Position numbers and translations under genes: made by a program. Shown one piece after another: positions 1 to 12,636 of a DNA stretch of 64,000 bases. The stretch is from Cyanophora paradoxa CCMP329 (taxonomy: Eukaryota; Plantae; Glaucophyta): NCBI GenBank assembly GCA_004431415.1, contig QPMI01000627.1:1-64000 (forward strand). The letters run 5' to 3'. Below the pieces are notes generated by a model. It was not told where the DNA came from and did no database searches. It was given only the letters and a program-made list of their open reading frames with translations. How positions within the stretch are numbered: position 1 is the stretch's first letter; each line of letters opens with the position of its first letter.

Positions 1-711
1 CGGGCGGGGCCGGGGGCGCGCCATCTCGCCGAGGAAGTCCTGCGCCTCCAGCTTCGAGGAGCTGCTGTCCACGTCTGCCGCCCCGTCGGCCCCCGCCCCC
101 GGCCCCCGCGGCGCCCCGCCTCGCCCGGCCCCACCGTAGAGGGCGAAGCGCAGCTCCTGGCGCTGCTCGAACTGCGGCGCGGCGTCAGGCGGTCGCCGGC
201 GCTCGAGCGCCGCCCCGGCGCACGAAGTAGTCGATCTCGAACTGCGGGGGGCAAGGACGGTGAGGCGCTGTTCGGCGACGCGGGGAGTGTCAGCGCGGAG
301 GCCCACGCACCGTCCTCACGAACTTGGGGGCGAGGGTGTTTCTGTGCGGGGCGGCGTGGGCCGGCGCGGCGCACGGGGCTCCGCGGGGGAGCGCACTTTA
401 TCTGCTCGGTGCGGCCGACCTCCACCCAGGACGCGTTCTTCATCTGCACGCGGCTGAACAGCACGCACATCGGGTCGCTCTTGCTCGTCACATCCTTGTT
501 CAGCAGCCCGCTGCGCGAGAGCGCGGGCGTGAGGGGGGGCATTGAACACTCTAGGGCAACCCCGAGGCCCCACCGGCCTCAGCGCAGGGGCATAGTGTAC
601 GTGTCTACTGCGCGTGCCGCACGGGTTCCGAACGCGTGCGGCGCACCTGCAGGAGACGGAGAGCTGGACGCGCTGGGAGAGCACGGGGGCAGGCGCCTGG
701 GCCATCGCCAT
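1..711 (-). CDS. Copine (C2-domain Ca2+/phospholipid-binding protein), 5' part only; continues beyond window start
   Basis: Spliced translation MAMAQAPAPVLSQRVQLSVSC..NLLNKDVTSKSDPMCVLF..PKFV..FEIDYF|FEQRQELRFALY|DVDSSSSKLEAQDFLGEM matches the copine C2A pattern (L.SC.NL..KD..SKSDP, F.F E..Q.LRF..YD.D...L..QDFLG). Confidence 0.85.
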
Positions 712-1105
712 CGCTAGCTCGGAGCTGCCGCTGCGAGTCGGCTGGCAGCCTGCCCAGGAACGGACGGCGAATGCGGCCGTACGAGGTCTGCGTTCTCCGG
801 ACGTGGGCGGTTGAAACGCGTCACACTGCAGACAGCCCGGTAAACGAGGGCGACGGGCAGCAGCGTACCGTAGTCTAGGGCAACGTACGGTTCAAATTCG
901 CTCGAACCTGCGCGCCGGGCGGGTGTCGGAGGCGCGACGAACGTGAGGCCTCAACGACGGCGAGCGCAGGCGGCCTTCGAGATTCCTCGCTGCCGCGCAC
1001 CTGCTACCGGTAAAGAGAAGAGTGCTCGGCGAGATTCGGGAGTCGGGATGCCTCCAGAGCTCAAACCCGAGATTCCTGTACCCACTGCCGCGCTGCTTCA
1101 TCGAG

Positions 1106-2856
1106 ATGGCCGGCTCTGCCGACCTCTCTGGCGCGTTCGATGAGGTGCTCGGGGAGGGCAAGATGCGGCGCATACGCTGGGTCGTACCCCACGCGGCCGC
1201 GGGGCTCTCTTCCCAGTTCACGAGCACACTCCTGATCAGCGGGACGTACGAGGAAGAGGTGCGCGTGCCTCCAGATGCTTCCTTGCGAAGCTCTCCGACC
1301 GCCGCCGCCGCGCAGAGGAACCAGCTAGCGCTCTGGAACTTCAAAATAGTCGGCGGCCAGCGGCGCGGCGCGGCGGCGCTCACCGATACAGCTATGCGAG
1401 ACATCGAGAAGCTTGGACACCTCAGCCACCGCGGCGATGTCGAGGACGTGAAGGTTCGGACGCGCAGCGCGGCCCCGCTCGCGCGAGCCGGCGAGCCGAC
1501 GGGCCGCGCCGCAGTCGCTCAGCAGGCCCGAGGGGATGTACGCGTGCGTCGCCTCGAGCCTCGGCGAGGTCGGGCTGTACGCTGTGCAGCCCCCGCGGGA
1601 CTCGCTCGACGGTGCCCCGGCAGCCCTGCCCGCGGCCGGCGCAGCGCCCCTCGTGCCGGCCGACGCCGGCTACAGATACGCCGGCGCTCCTGCTGGGTCG
1701 CTCGTGGAGCGACCTGCACCGGGGCCCGTGCGCGACGCTCGACGTGGACCCGGACGAAGGGACGGAGATGGCGAGCGGCGGGCAGGACGGGCGCCTCGTC
1801 GTCACCAGCCTCCTCGGGCCCGCCGTCTCCTCCATTGGTGCGCCCCGGCCCGCGCCGCACGCGCCGCGCGCGTTCCCGCCGCGGCACTGAGGCCTCGGGG
1901 CAGAGAATGCGGACCCGCTCTCGGTGCACTGCGTGCGCTACGCTTCGCGGGCGACGGCCTACACGGCCGGCTCCTTCCTGCGCCTCTGGGACCTGCGCTC
2001 GCCGGAGTCCGCCGGCCCCATCTTCTCTCTGCCCCCGTGCGCCCCCTCGCGCCCTCCCCTCGCCTCCGCGGCGGCCGCCCCGGCTCACGGCGGGGCAGCC
2101 CGACGGATCTCTCTCTCGTCGAGTGCCTCGCCGTCCACCCCGTCCGCAGTGCGCCCCGCCCGCCCCAGGCCGCCCCGCCCCGCCCGCCTGACGCGCCGAG
2201 CGCCGCAGGGAGCGAGCTCGTGGCGGTGCGCGCCGGCCGGCGCGAGGGGTGGCGTGCGCCGGCGGGCGGGGGCCGCTCACTGCGGGGCGGGCGCAGGCGG
2301 GGAGCTCGTCGGGGGACCTGGCGGTGTGGACGCGCGGCAGCCCCGCGCGCCCCTCGTCCACGCCCTCGCCCACAACGGCGACAGTGCGGCCCGCCCGCCC
2401 ACGCCCCCTGCGCCCCCGCCCTCACCGAGGCCCCGCCGCAGTATGGGACGTCCAGTTCCACCCGGCGCGGCCCGACCTCCTGCTCACCTGCGGCGAGGCG
2501 CGCCGGGCCCCGCCCCACGCCCTCGCGCCCGCTGAGGCGGGGCTGCCGCAGGACGGGGCGGCGCTCGCGGTGGAGTGGAGTGCGGAGCTGGCGACCGTCG
2601 AGACGCCGCCGTGCGAGCGGGTGCGGCCGGCGCCCCGGGGCCCCGTCCCGCGGCGGGGGGGCGGGGCCGAGCGGGGGGCGCAGCTCTTCACGAACGAGTT
2701 CGGCGTCAACTCGATCGACGTGCACCCCGACACGCAGGCGCGCTCCGGGGACCCCAGCCAGGGGCCGCCCCGCCGCTCACCCCGCCCCCGCAGGCCGTCG
2801 TCTGCTCGACCGACTCCGAGGCGCTCCGCTTCCGCTTCCCCATCCTCCCCTCCTAG
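1106..2856 (+). CDS. NUP43: Nucleoporin Nup43-like WD40 protein (multi-exon)
   Basis: Motifs K.RRIRW, SGTYEEE..NQLALW, HRGDVEDVK, SGGQDGRL, LRLWDLR, VWDVQFHPARPDLLLTCGEDG, GVNSIDV...STDSEAL are typical of Nup43; one apparent 1-nt indel near 2328. Confidence 0.8.
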
Positions 2857-3092
2857 CGCCAGCCCGCGCGCCGCGCACTGCAGCTCCGCCAGAATAGATC
2901 CCGCCAGGCTCGAAGTGCCCGTTGCATGCACGTTGCGCACGACAGTGCGGCCCCAGATCACCGCGGCAGCTACACCTTACGTGCACCACATGCTAGACTC
3001 CAGCTGCAGCCGCTAGAGTGGCCTCGCCGCTTCTCCCCCTCTACCCCCTCTCAGTTCAGGGAAAAGGCGTCCGGCGAGCGAGCTGGTTAGCC

Positions 3093-5286
3093 ATGTCGGC
3101 GTTCGCTGTCCCGATCGCTGCGTCGTCCATCCAGCTTCATAATTCGCCTGTGCTACCAGCGGCGGAGGTCCGCGCACGCGGCGCGATCCGATCGGCCTCG
3201 GCTGCGCCGCGGCGTTCGTTCCAGATCGGAGGCGCCTCGTGCAACTCTTGCAGCGGATCGGCGTTCGCAGAGAACCGCCGCGCGTTCTTCGCGGGCCAGA
3301 CCGGCCTCGCGTCCCTTGCCGCACCCGTAGCTGCGCCGTTCCTGGCTGGCCGCGCCGCCCGTACGGCCGCGATGGCCTCCGCGGACGCCGACACGAAGAT
3401 GATCGACGGCGGCGTCACTGCCCCGAAGGGCTTCCGCGCGGCGGGCATCATCGCCGGCTTGAAGGCCTCGGGCAAGGAGGACATGGCGCTGATCGTCTCC
3501 GACGTCGACGCGGTAGCGGGCGGCGTCTTCACGACGTGCCGCGTCTGCGCCGCCCCCGTCACCTACGATCGGGAGACGATCAAGAAGAACCCGTCCAAGA
3601 TCCGCGCCGTGCTCGTCAACAGCGGGCAGGCGAACGCGGCGACGGGGGACCAGGGCTGGGCGGACGCCGTGCGCACGGCGGAGCTGCTGGGGAAGGCGAT
3701 GGGCGTCCCCTCGGACGCCTGCCTCGTCGCCTCGACGGGCGTCATCGGGCAGCGCATCAAGGCCCGCCCTGCGCCCCGTGGCGGCCGGCGCGCGCCTGAG
3801 CGCCCGCGCAGATGGACAAGCTGGAGGAGGGCATCCCGAAGATCGTGGCGGCCCTCGGCTCGAGCGCCGAGTCCGCGATGAACGCCGCGAAGGCGCGCCC
3901 CCGCGCAGCCCCGCGCCCCGCGCCAGCGCCCGAGCGCCGCGCAGGCGATCTGCACGACCGACCTCGTGACGAAGACCATCGCCTTCGAGACGGTCCTCTC
4001 GACGGGCAAGACCGTCCGCGTGGGCGGCATGTGCAAGGGCGCGCCCCCGCCCCGCCCCGCGCGGTCGCGCCGGGGGCGCTTGCGAGGGGGCGGGCAGGGA
4101 GCGGGATGATCCACCCGAACATGGCGACCATGCTCGCCTTCATCACCTGCGACGCCAAGGCACCCGCCCCCGCCCCGCCCCCTGCCGCCCCGCCCCGCCC
4201 CTGACCGTCCCCCGCCCCGCAGGTGGACCCCGGCCTCTGGCAGGCCATCGTCTCGCGCGCCGCGGACAAGAGCTTCAACCAGGCGCGCGCCGGGGCCGCG
4301 CAGGGGCCGCGCCGCCCCGGGGCGAGCGGGGCGGGGGCAGGTGACCGTGGACGGGGACACCTCGACGAACGACACCCTGCTCGGCTTCGCCAACGGGCAG
4401 GCCGACCCCAGCGGGCCCGCCATCTCCGACCCCGCCAGCGCCGACGCCGTGCGCCTTCCAAGCGCCCGCCCGGGGGGCCCGGCGGCGGCTGAGGGGCGGG
4501 GGCGGGGCAGGTGAAGCTGGAGGGGATCGTGACGACGATCTGCCAGTACCTGGCGCGCTGCATCGCCCGCGACGGCGAGGGCGCCACCGTCCTCTTCGAG
4601 GCGCCGCCCCGCCCCCGCGCCCCGCGCCCCGCGCCCCCCGACGGGGCCCCGCGGGGCAGGTGACCGTCTCGGGGGCGCCGAGCGACGCCGACGCCCGCGC
4701 CATCGCCCGCACCATCGTCGGCTCCAGCCTCACCAAGGCCGCCATCTATGGGTGCCCCGCCCCGACGCGCCCCCTCTCCCGCCGCGCGGCCTGACGGGCG
4801 CCGGCGCAGGTGCGACCCGAACTGGGGCCGCATCGCGGCGGCGGCGGGCGGGCCGGCGTCGAGTTCGACCCGGCGGCCCTCCGCATCGAGGTGCGCGCCC
4901 GCCCGCGCGCCCCGCCCAAGCCGGCGCGCGCGCGCACGGACGGCCGGCCTCAGCTCGGCGAGTTCGTGATGATGGACAAGGGCCAGCCCCTCCCCTACGA
5001 CCGCGCCGGTGGGCCCCGCCCCCACGCCCTGCCGCCCGCCGCCGCCGCCCGGGCCGAGCGCGGGGGCGGCAGCGGCGTCGGCGTACATGAAGGCGGCCAA
5101 GGCGGGGGCCTACCTCAAGGAGGACACCGTCGCCGTCAAGGCCCGCCCCGCCCCGCCCCGCCCCCCGGGTCGCCCCCGGCGAGCCCCGCGCAGGTCTCGG
5201 TGGGGTCGGGCCCGGGCTACGGGCAGGCCTTCGGCTGCGACCTTTCCTACGACTACGTCAAGATCAACGCCGAGTACACCACCTAG
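3093..5286 (+). CDS. argJ: Plastid-targeted ArgJ, glutamate N-acetyltransferase / ornithine acetyltransferase; 11 introns
   Basis: GGVTAPKGFRAAG, NSGQANAATG, STGVIG, AICTTD, GMCKGSGMIHPNMATML (autocleavage site), SFNQVTVDGDTSTND, IARDGEGAT, DPNWGRI, GCDLSYDYVKINAEYTT; N-terminal Ser/Ala/Arg-rich transit peptide beginning MSAFAV. Confidence 0.96.
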
Positions 5287-5733
5287 GCGCCCGCCGGCTC
5301 TCCCCGCACGCCTTCGATCGCATCCTGCGCCTCGGCCCCTGGCCTACGCCCGCCTGTAATTTTGCCACGGACGGACATGCAAGAACACCGCACTCCGGGG
5401 CGGGGCTTCGGTTGCGCATGCATAATGCATATTATGATCCAACTGTGTCGGGACTAGGGGCTACGGCACAGCGGGAGGACCACTAACCATCAATCAAGGA
5501 AACACAGCAACGCCAAATCGCGGCTATGCTGCAGCCGGGTGACCGGAAAACGGGAAAGGGGAGAAGCACGAGACGGCAGATCGGCCGGTCGGGCTGACGG
5601 GTCGCGATGGTCGGAGGAAGGGGGCTGAGGAGGGGGGCGGAATTTGAAAGCGGAGCGGCGATGAGGGAAGGCGAGTGGGCGCGGAGCGGGGGGACGGGGA
5701 AGGGGACGACTAAGGGGCCGGCGGCCGGTCGGG

Positions 5734-6830
5734 TCATTTCACTCGCTTGCGTACGGAAGAGGCGAGCCATTCTAGCCCCTCGTTGACGCCTGCGCCGAGC
5801 GCGACATCAGAGACGCGGTCGGGGGGGCTCGGGGCGGGGCGCCGACCCTGCCCGCTGACGACGCTGGTGCCCAGGACGAGGTAGGGGCGCGTCTTGGGCA
5901 GCGAGGGGGCGAGCAGCCTCTCTATTTCCGCCACCGGCTGCGCCTCGGGCAGGTCCTGCTTGTTCGCCATCACGAGGAGCACCTGCGACGCACGCCCCGC
6001 TCAGCGGCGCGCCGGCCGCGGGCCGCGCTGCGGGGCGCCGGCGCACGGCGCGCGACGTCTGCGGGTTCGCGACAACAGCGTTCAGTTCCCGGATCGCCTC
6101 GTCCATGCGCGCCTGGTCATGGCTGTCCACCACGAATATGACGCCTGCGCCGCCGCCGCTCAGGAACCGCGGCGTACGCGCAGCGACGGGGCCGGGACGA
6201 TTGCGCGGGCGTCCAGAGGCACGGACGAAAGCATACGCACCATCGGCTTCTTTGTAGTAGTGCTGCAAGAGGAAGAGCGACGTCAATCTCGGATGAATCA
6301 GCGGTGGGGGCGGAAAGACGCACTTTCCACAGATCCCGCAGCCTCTGCTGGCCTCCCAAGTCCCATATGTCGAATTGAATGTTCTTGAACTGCACCGACT
6401 CCACTGCGCAGCGACCAGCGGGCAAGCGCCCGCACACGTTAGCTGCGGACGCCCAGGGAGGGCGCCACGTTTGCGGCCCGGAAAGCTTCTCTTGGCAGTC
6501 GCCAGTTTGCAAGCTAGTCTGAGAGGCGCGGGTGGCCTCGGGGATGCATATGAGGGTCGCGCAATCCGCCCCATCAACGGGCGGCAAACAGGTCCGCCGC
6601 CGCGTCGCGCGCTTTGTTACGCACTGTTGTATCCCACGGTAGGTATCGTGCTAATGGCCTTGTCCAGTTTCAGCCTGTAGAGGAGGCTGGTTTTGCCGCT
6701 ACTGTCCAGCCCGACTGTGTTGAGGCGCGGTGAGAACGTTGCGTCGCTCGGAATGCGACCGCAAAAGCTCACCAACACAAATTCTGTACGCTTTCTTCCC
6801 TCCCAGCAGCTTGCTGAGGGATTTGCCCAT
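5734..6830 (-). CDS. ARF/ARL-family small GTPase
   Basis: MG start (possible myristoylation), GLDSSGKT P-loop, TIPTVGYN, WDLGGQ..LRDLW.HYY, VIFVVDS.D..R, ANKQDL, G.GV.EGLEWL. Confidence 0.92.
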
Positions 6831-7612
6831 GGCGCTCGCCGATCCAACGCCTCGCGAGCCCTTGCTGGCGCCTCGCTACTACACTTGATGAAGCCGCTCG
6901 CTGCCTTGTAGCGCTCCAATGCCGATCGCTGCCCTCAGGCTGTCGCCTCAAATTCACGCGTATACCCGGGCGGACGCGAGTGCCGGTAGCTGAGATTGCG
7001 AGTCTCGCGCCTCGCAAGCAGTTTTCTCAACTTCTGTACTGCACGCATGCGTCGGAGCCGCGTGCATTTGCCCGCTGCCGCCAAATTTGATCCGACATCA
7101 TGATCAAGGTTTCCAGGCTTCATACGTCTTTGCGAATTGGCTTCGAATCCGGGGCCTTTCATACGGTCCGTCGAAAATTCGGCGTGCGCAAGCTGTGATG
7201 GGATGGCGCCCGGTGCCATGGCCACGTACGCGTTGGCGTGCCTCGGCCGTGCCCGGCCCGCGGCAGCGCACGCGCGCGACGAGTAGCTAGCGCTCGCAAC
7301 TGGACGCGCCGCGGCGAGCTCTGTCTGATAGGCACTGCTAGCTAGACCGTCGGACGTCGACAAGTGCTAGCGTATCCGGTCCAGGACTGCAGCAGCTGGA
7401 ATTCGAATCATCTGTACACATTGCACGGCTACTTTCTGCGGGCTCACGGTCGCCGGTCATGCACTCGATCGAATGTCGATTGCATAGAAAGAAACAGCAC
7501 GTGTTACAACAGACACCGGAATAGCAGGGGGCCCTCACTGCACAAGCGCGGGTTGCGCGGCCCGGTGCGCCCGGGGGAGGATGATGGCAGGCCGATCCAG
7601 GACGCGAGCCCC

Positions 7613-8394
7613 CTACTCATCCATATCGGCCGCGAGGACTTTCGGGACGCGGACAAAGGGGCCCTCGGTCTCCGGGAAGATGGCCTGCAGCGCCTCCCGC
7701 TCCTCGAAGGGCCGCACCTCGTCATTCTCCGAGAGGACGTTCTCCAGGCCCGCCCCGCCTGCGCCCCGTCGTGCCGTCAGCCGCGGGACAGGGCGATGCG
7801 GGCACCCGAGCCGGGGCAGCGGAGAGGGCGGCAGGCCACACCGTCCGCGCCGGCGCCATCGGCGAAGCACATGGGCACGACGTTCTCCGTGTCCAGCTCG
7901 TCCATCTTGCTGACGAACGCCAGGATCTTTTGCAGCTGCGGCGTGAGCTGCTTGATCTCCTCCTCGCTAAGGTTCAGACGTGCGAGCTCCGCCACGTTCT
8001 CCACTGTCGCCCGGTCGATCTGCCCCGTGGAAGAATCTAGCTAAGCGCCGCGGTGCGAGGCGGCGAGCGGCCACGCGCACCTCGCTCTTGGCGTCACACC
8101 GCACCTCGAAGGAAGAGCCGCCGTTCACCGGGCGATGCAGCAGGCCCGCTGCGGCGAACTTGACACGGCGGCCGGCGACGGAGGCCGCGAAGGAGCGCAG
8201 CTCGCCCGCCCGGCTCGACTCCGCGCGCGCCTGTGAGCAGCACGCAGTGCCGCGAGGCACGGCTGCGATCGGGCGGCGTGAGATTCGCATCGCTGGCCAG
8301 AAATACCGCTAGGAGTGGACTGGATAGAGCCATTTCGCGCACCGATTGCCGCATGCGGCGTCTGGAGGGCGACGCTCACGGCGAAGCTGGCCAT
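7613..8394 (-). CDS. gatC: Plastid-targeted Glu/Asp-tRNA amidotransferase subunit C
   Basis: IDRATVENVAELARLNLSEEEI....QLQKILAFV..MDELDTENV.P..NVL...DEV....P..EGPFVRVPKVL; transit peptide beginning MASFAVS. Confidence 0.9.
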
Positions 8395-8531
8395 CGTTTG
8401 CACGTGAGCTGTACCCCAGAGCCGACCTCGCAGCGCTCGTCTGGGCCCGCTGGGCCACCCGTAGGCTGCATTTTCGGATAAAGTAGCGAGGTATTGTGCA
8501 CTGGGAGTGTGTTTTGGGGCCGCGACGTCGG

Positions 8532-11500
8532 ATGGCCCGCGTGGGGCTAGCGCTCGGATGGTTGCTGGGGCTCCTCTTGACGTCCCTTTCGCCGCCTCCT
8601 GCGGCGGCCGACGTCTACGCGCCGCCGGGGGATCTGCGCCCCATCCTTGTGACCGCCCCGACCGAACAGCAGCTGCCCTGCACCGCGAACCTGGTCGGCT
8701 CGATCCAGCGGGCGTCTTCGACGGCGCGCATGCTCGTTCTGGATCGGGGCCTGTCAACGGACGCGCGGGAGGCGCTTCGCCGGCTCGACGGCGTGCAGGT
8801 GATCGATGCCCCCGGGCTCGACCTGCACCCAGCCATCGTCGTGGAGCGGGCGCTGGAGCACGCGGTCTCGGTGGTGTACGTGGACGCGTGCCTTGAGGTC
8901 GTGGATGCGGGGGCGCTGCGGGAGCTTTACGAGGCGGTGCAGGCGCGCGGCTGGTTCTGGCCCGCCGTCGAGGTACCCTACCTGCAGCCGACGACCTGGT
9001 GCTCCGACGCCATCATCGTGCGCCGCCCCGCGCCCGCGTGCCGCGCCCGCCACCGCCCCGCGAGCCGGTCCGCAGGGCGTGCGGCGGGGCTCGTGGGGCC
9101 ACACGGGCGTCGTGCGCGGCGTGGCGGCGTGCCGCGCGAACGCGACGTGCTGGGGCGAGATGGCCCACGCCGGCGAGGAAGCACAGCGCCTCTACACCCT
9201 CACCCTCCACGCCGTCCGGTCCACGCGCCCCGCTTCCCGGCCCGGGCCCTCCCTCCCTCGCCTCGGCTGATTCGCGGGCCGGCACAGCTCGGGCTGCCCT
9301 GCGCGCGGGACCCGCGCCTGGCGGTGCGGCTCGCGTCGCCGGCCCGGCGCAGGGGACGCCGCTGCTCGTGGTGGCGCGCGACCCGGCGGGCCCGAGGTCG
9401 CGGCGGGGCGGGGCGCGCCCGGCCCGCAAGGCCCTCGCCATCGTCCTGCCCCTCGTCGCGCGCGACCCCAAGAAGGTCGCCCCGCTCCGCCCCTCCCGGC
9501 CGGCCCCGCCGACGCGGTGCCGGCAGGCGTGGGACGCGCTGCGGGTGTGGCGCTGGCCCCGAACCAGCCCTGCTCCGAGGGGAGCAGACCGGCGCGCCGC
9601 GTCCCCGCCCCCCTTCGCCCACCCGCCGGCGTGACGCCGGGCAGGCGCCGACGGGGACCTGGTGCTGGCGTGCGTGGGGCCGTGCGGGCCGGAGGAGCGG
9701 CAGGCGGCCCTCGCGCAGGCCAACGGCCTCCGCTGCTTCCGCGAGCTCCAGTTCTTCCAGGCGCCCGCCCCGCCCGCCCCGCCCGCCCCGCCCGCCGGCG
9801 TCCGAGCGAGCCCCTTTGGCAGGCCGCCAGCGAGGACGGCCTCTACGACCCGCCGGAGCTGCTGAGGCGAGGCCCCGCCCCCTCTCCTCCCTCGCCGCGC
9901 CAGCCCGGCGCCGGCGAGGGCCGTGCGCGCAGGCAGCTGCTGGCGAGCGAGGAGCTGGCGGCGTGGTACAGCCACCTCTTCCTCTTCGGGCCCGAGGTCC
10001 GCCCCGCGCGCACCGCCCCCGCGCGCACCGCCCCCGCTCCGCGCCGCTGTCGACGCCGCCGGCGCGCCCGCGCCGCCGCAGCTGCGCGTGGTGCGGCGGA
10101 ACTGGCTGGACGCGATGCGGCACGCCGTCCTCGCCGCGGGCCCCTTCTGGGCCCTCGCCTCCCCCTTCGACGACGGCGTGCCCCCCGGGGAGCCCGACCC
10201 CGCAGACGGCCGCCCCGGGGCCGCCCGCTACGCCGACGGCCACGCGCTCTACTCCCTGGGGGAGCCCTTCCGCTCGTACCTCGCGGGGGCGGGCCTGCTG
10301 GAGCGGGGCGGGCCCCTCTTCGAGGCGACCTTCGTGCGGGACAGCGGCCCCGCGCTGCTCCTCCGGGAGGCGGCCCTCCTGGGCCGCTGGCCCGCCCCCG
10401 CCGCCGTGCGCGCCATGTTCCGCTACGCGCCCCTCGTCCGCTCCGCCCTCTACACGGAGGAGGCCGCCGCGGGGCTCGGCGTGGCGGCCCCCGGGGCCCA
10501 CGGCGCGCCCTCCCTCGCCGCCTGGCCGGGGCCCCACGACGACGGCGCCTACCTCCTCTCCGTCGCCCGCCGCCCCGACGAGGCGGCAGGGCGGCGGGGC
10601 CGGCCCCGCGCAGCCCCAGGCGCCGCCGGCGGCGAGCGCGGCGCTGGCGGCGCTCGTGCGGCGGGCGGAGCGGCTGCGGGAGGCGCAGTGGGAGCAGAGC
10701 GGGCGGGACGAGGCGGCGGCGGCGGCGGCGGTCGCGGGGCGGCAGTTCCCGGCGGGCGGGTGCGGCCCGCAGACGCGCGCCCTCGTCTTTGCCCTCTCCA
10801 AGTTCTACGGAGGCCTCGGCGCCGTCCTCCAGGCGCGCCATCGCCCCCGCGCCCCCGCCCCAGATCGACGCCGACGCCGACGCCGGGGCAGTGGCTGGTG
10901 GCCGGCCTGCAATACGCGGCCGCCTCCAACCGCACCCTCGTCATCCTCGAGGAGGCGGACTCCTGGGTGCGCCCCGCGCGCGCCCCGTGGCCCGCCGGCG
11001 CCTTCGCTGAGGGCGCCCTGCCGCGCGCGCAGGTGTGGGCGCCCCCCGAGCGGTGCGGGGCGGGGCGCACCTGGTCGTGCTACTTCGAGCCCGTCTCCTC
11101 CTGCTCCGCCCGCGACGTCTGGCCCTCCGGCGTCGAGGCCCGCCCGCACCGCCCTCCGCGCCCCGCTCCGCGCTCCCAGCCCCGGGCGCGAGGCGGGGCC
11201 GCAGGTGCCGCTGAGCGACGCGACCGAGGGGAGCGCGTCGTGCACCTCGCCCTCGAGTGGGGCGACCCCGCCCGCAGGCCCGCCCCGCCCGCCCGCACCG
11301 CCCCGCCCGCCCCGCCCAGCGAACCGATGGGCCCAGGAGCTGCCGCCCGAGGCGACGGCGGCGTGCGCGCCGCGCTCCCTCAAGTGGTGCCGGTGCGGGC
11401 CCCGCCCGCCCCGCCCGCGCCGCCCCGCCCACGCCACCGCGCCCAGCTACGGCCTCCACGTCCCCCCGAGTTCGAGCACCGCGGCGCCCTCTGGTGGAAG

Positions 11501-12508
11501 GTCCGCTTCCGCGGGGCGCGCCGGCGGGGCGGGGCGGGGGCCGAGGCGCGGGGCGCGCAGGCGCAGCTGGCGGCGTTCGCCTTCCGACCGCTGGAGGCGG
11601 TGTGGCGGGCCGGCGACGAGGCGCGGGCGGCGCTGGCGTGGGGCGCCCTGCCCCTCCACCGCGCCGCCTGCCTGCACGTCCGCCGCGGCGACAAGATCCG
11701 CGGGCCCCTCCAGGCGCCCGCCCGCCCCGCCCGCCCCTACACGCCCCGCCCGCCGCCCGCGCTGAGGCCCGCTCTTTAGGAGGCCTTCCCCATCTCCCTC
11801 GCCGACTACGCGGCTGCCGTGCGGGGCCTCGGCGGGCGCGCCCCCCGCCCCGCCCCACCACACGCCGGCGGGGCCGACCAATACCCTGCGCAGGGCCGTG
11901 AGCCACATCTTCCTGGCGACGGACGACCCGGGCGTCGTGGGGGAGGTGCGGGTCGGCGCCAGTGGCCCACGTATGCCCCCGGGCCTCAGAAGGCGCGCGC
12001 CGGGGACAGATGGCAGGCCTGCTGCCCAACCACACGCTCCTCGTCGACCGCGGCGAGCGCCGCTCCGACGGTGCCGTCCTCAAGGTGCCCCCGACCCCCT
12101 CTCTGCCATGCGCGGAACCATTTCCAAGTGGCGGGGCCCTGCAGATCTGGGGCGGGGACCCGAACCCCGGGGGAACGGGCGCCGCGAAAGTAGACCCCGT
12201 CTACGAGATCGCGACGGCGGTCAAGGCGCGCCGCTCCCGCTCCCGCTGCCGCTGCCGCTGCCGCGAAGTCGCCTCTGAGAGCGGGGACCTGCGCAGAACC
12301 TGCAGCTTCTCTCCGAGTGCAGCTACTTCGTGGGAACCTTCTCCTCCCAGTTCTCCCGCTTCGCCTACTTCCTCAAGGCACGCCCCGCCCCCCGCCGCCC
12401 CCTGCCCCGCTCGTCTCGACCCCGCGCTGCGCGGCCCCGGCGCAGGTGGCGCGCGGGTCGCCCCACGCCCTCTCCCTCGACGACCCCATCCTCGCCCGCC
12501 TCCCCTGA
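8532..12508 (+). CDS. Secretory-pathway multidomain glycosyltransferase with C-terminal GT23 (FUT8/NodZ-like alpha-1,6-fucosyltransferase) domain
   Basis: Hydrophobic signal/anchor MARVGLALGWLLGLLLTSLS; C-terminal motifs GLGAVL, WSCYFEPVSSC, CLHVRRGDK, HIFLATDD, L..LSECSYFVGTFSSQFSR; N-terminal GT-like segment with VVYVDA; many introns, exon structure approximate. Confidence 0.75.
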
Positions 12509-12636
12509 CCCCACCCGCGCCCAGCCCCACTCCGACAGTCTGGGATCATACATGGCAATACATAGCGAACCGTTCCGCGGGTCGCACCGCTATAAATTAC
12601 TCACTGTGGGGAGGGCCCCGCTCCCCTGGGTCGCGC

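Noticed and set aside
4835-4860. Apparent frameshift in argJ (AAAG-RAGV), and similarly in Nup43 near 2328, as programmed frameshifting or RNA editing
   Set aside because: Single missing base in a GC run within an otherwise intact conserved gene; assembly error is more likely
8496-11765. 1089-aa and other very long Arg/Pro/Gly/Ala-rich ORFs in the track
   Set aside because: Artefacts of high GC content; they read through introns or lie in shadow frames
11695-11780. Possible GG donor after RRGDKIR in the glycosyltransferase
   Set aside because: An in-frame CAG|GC donor a few codons downstream explains the junction
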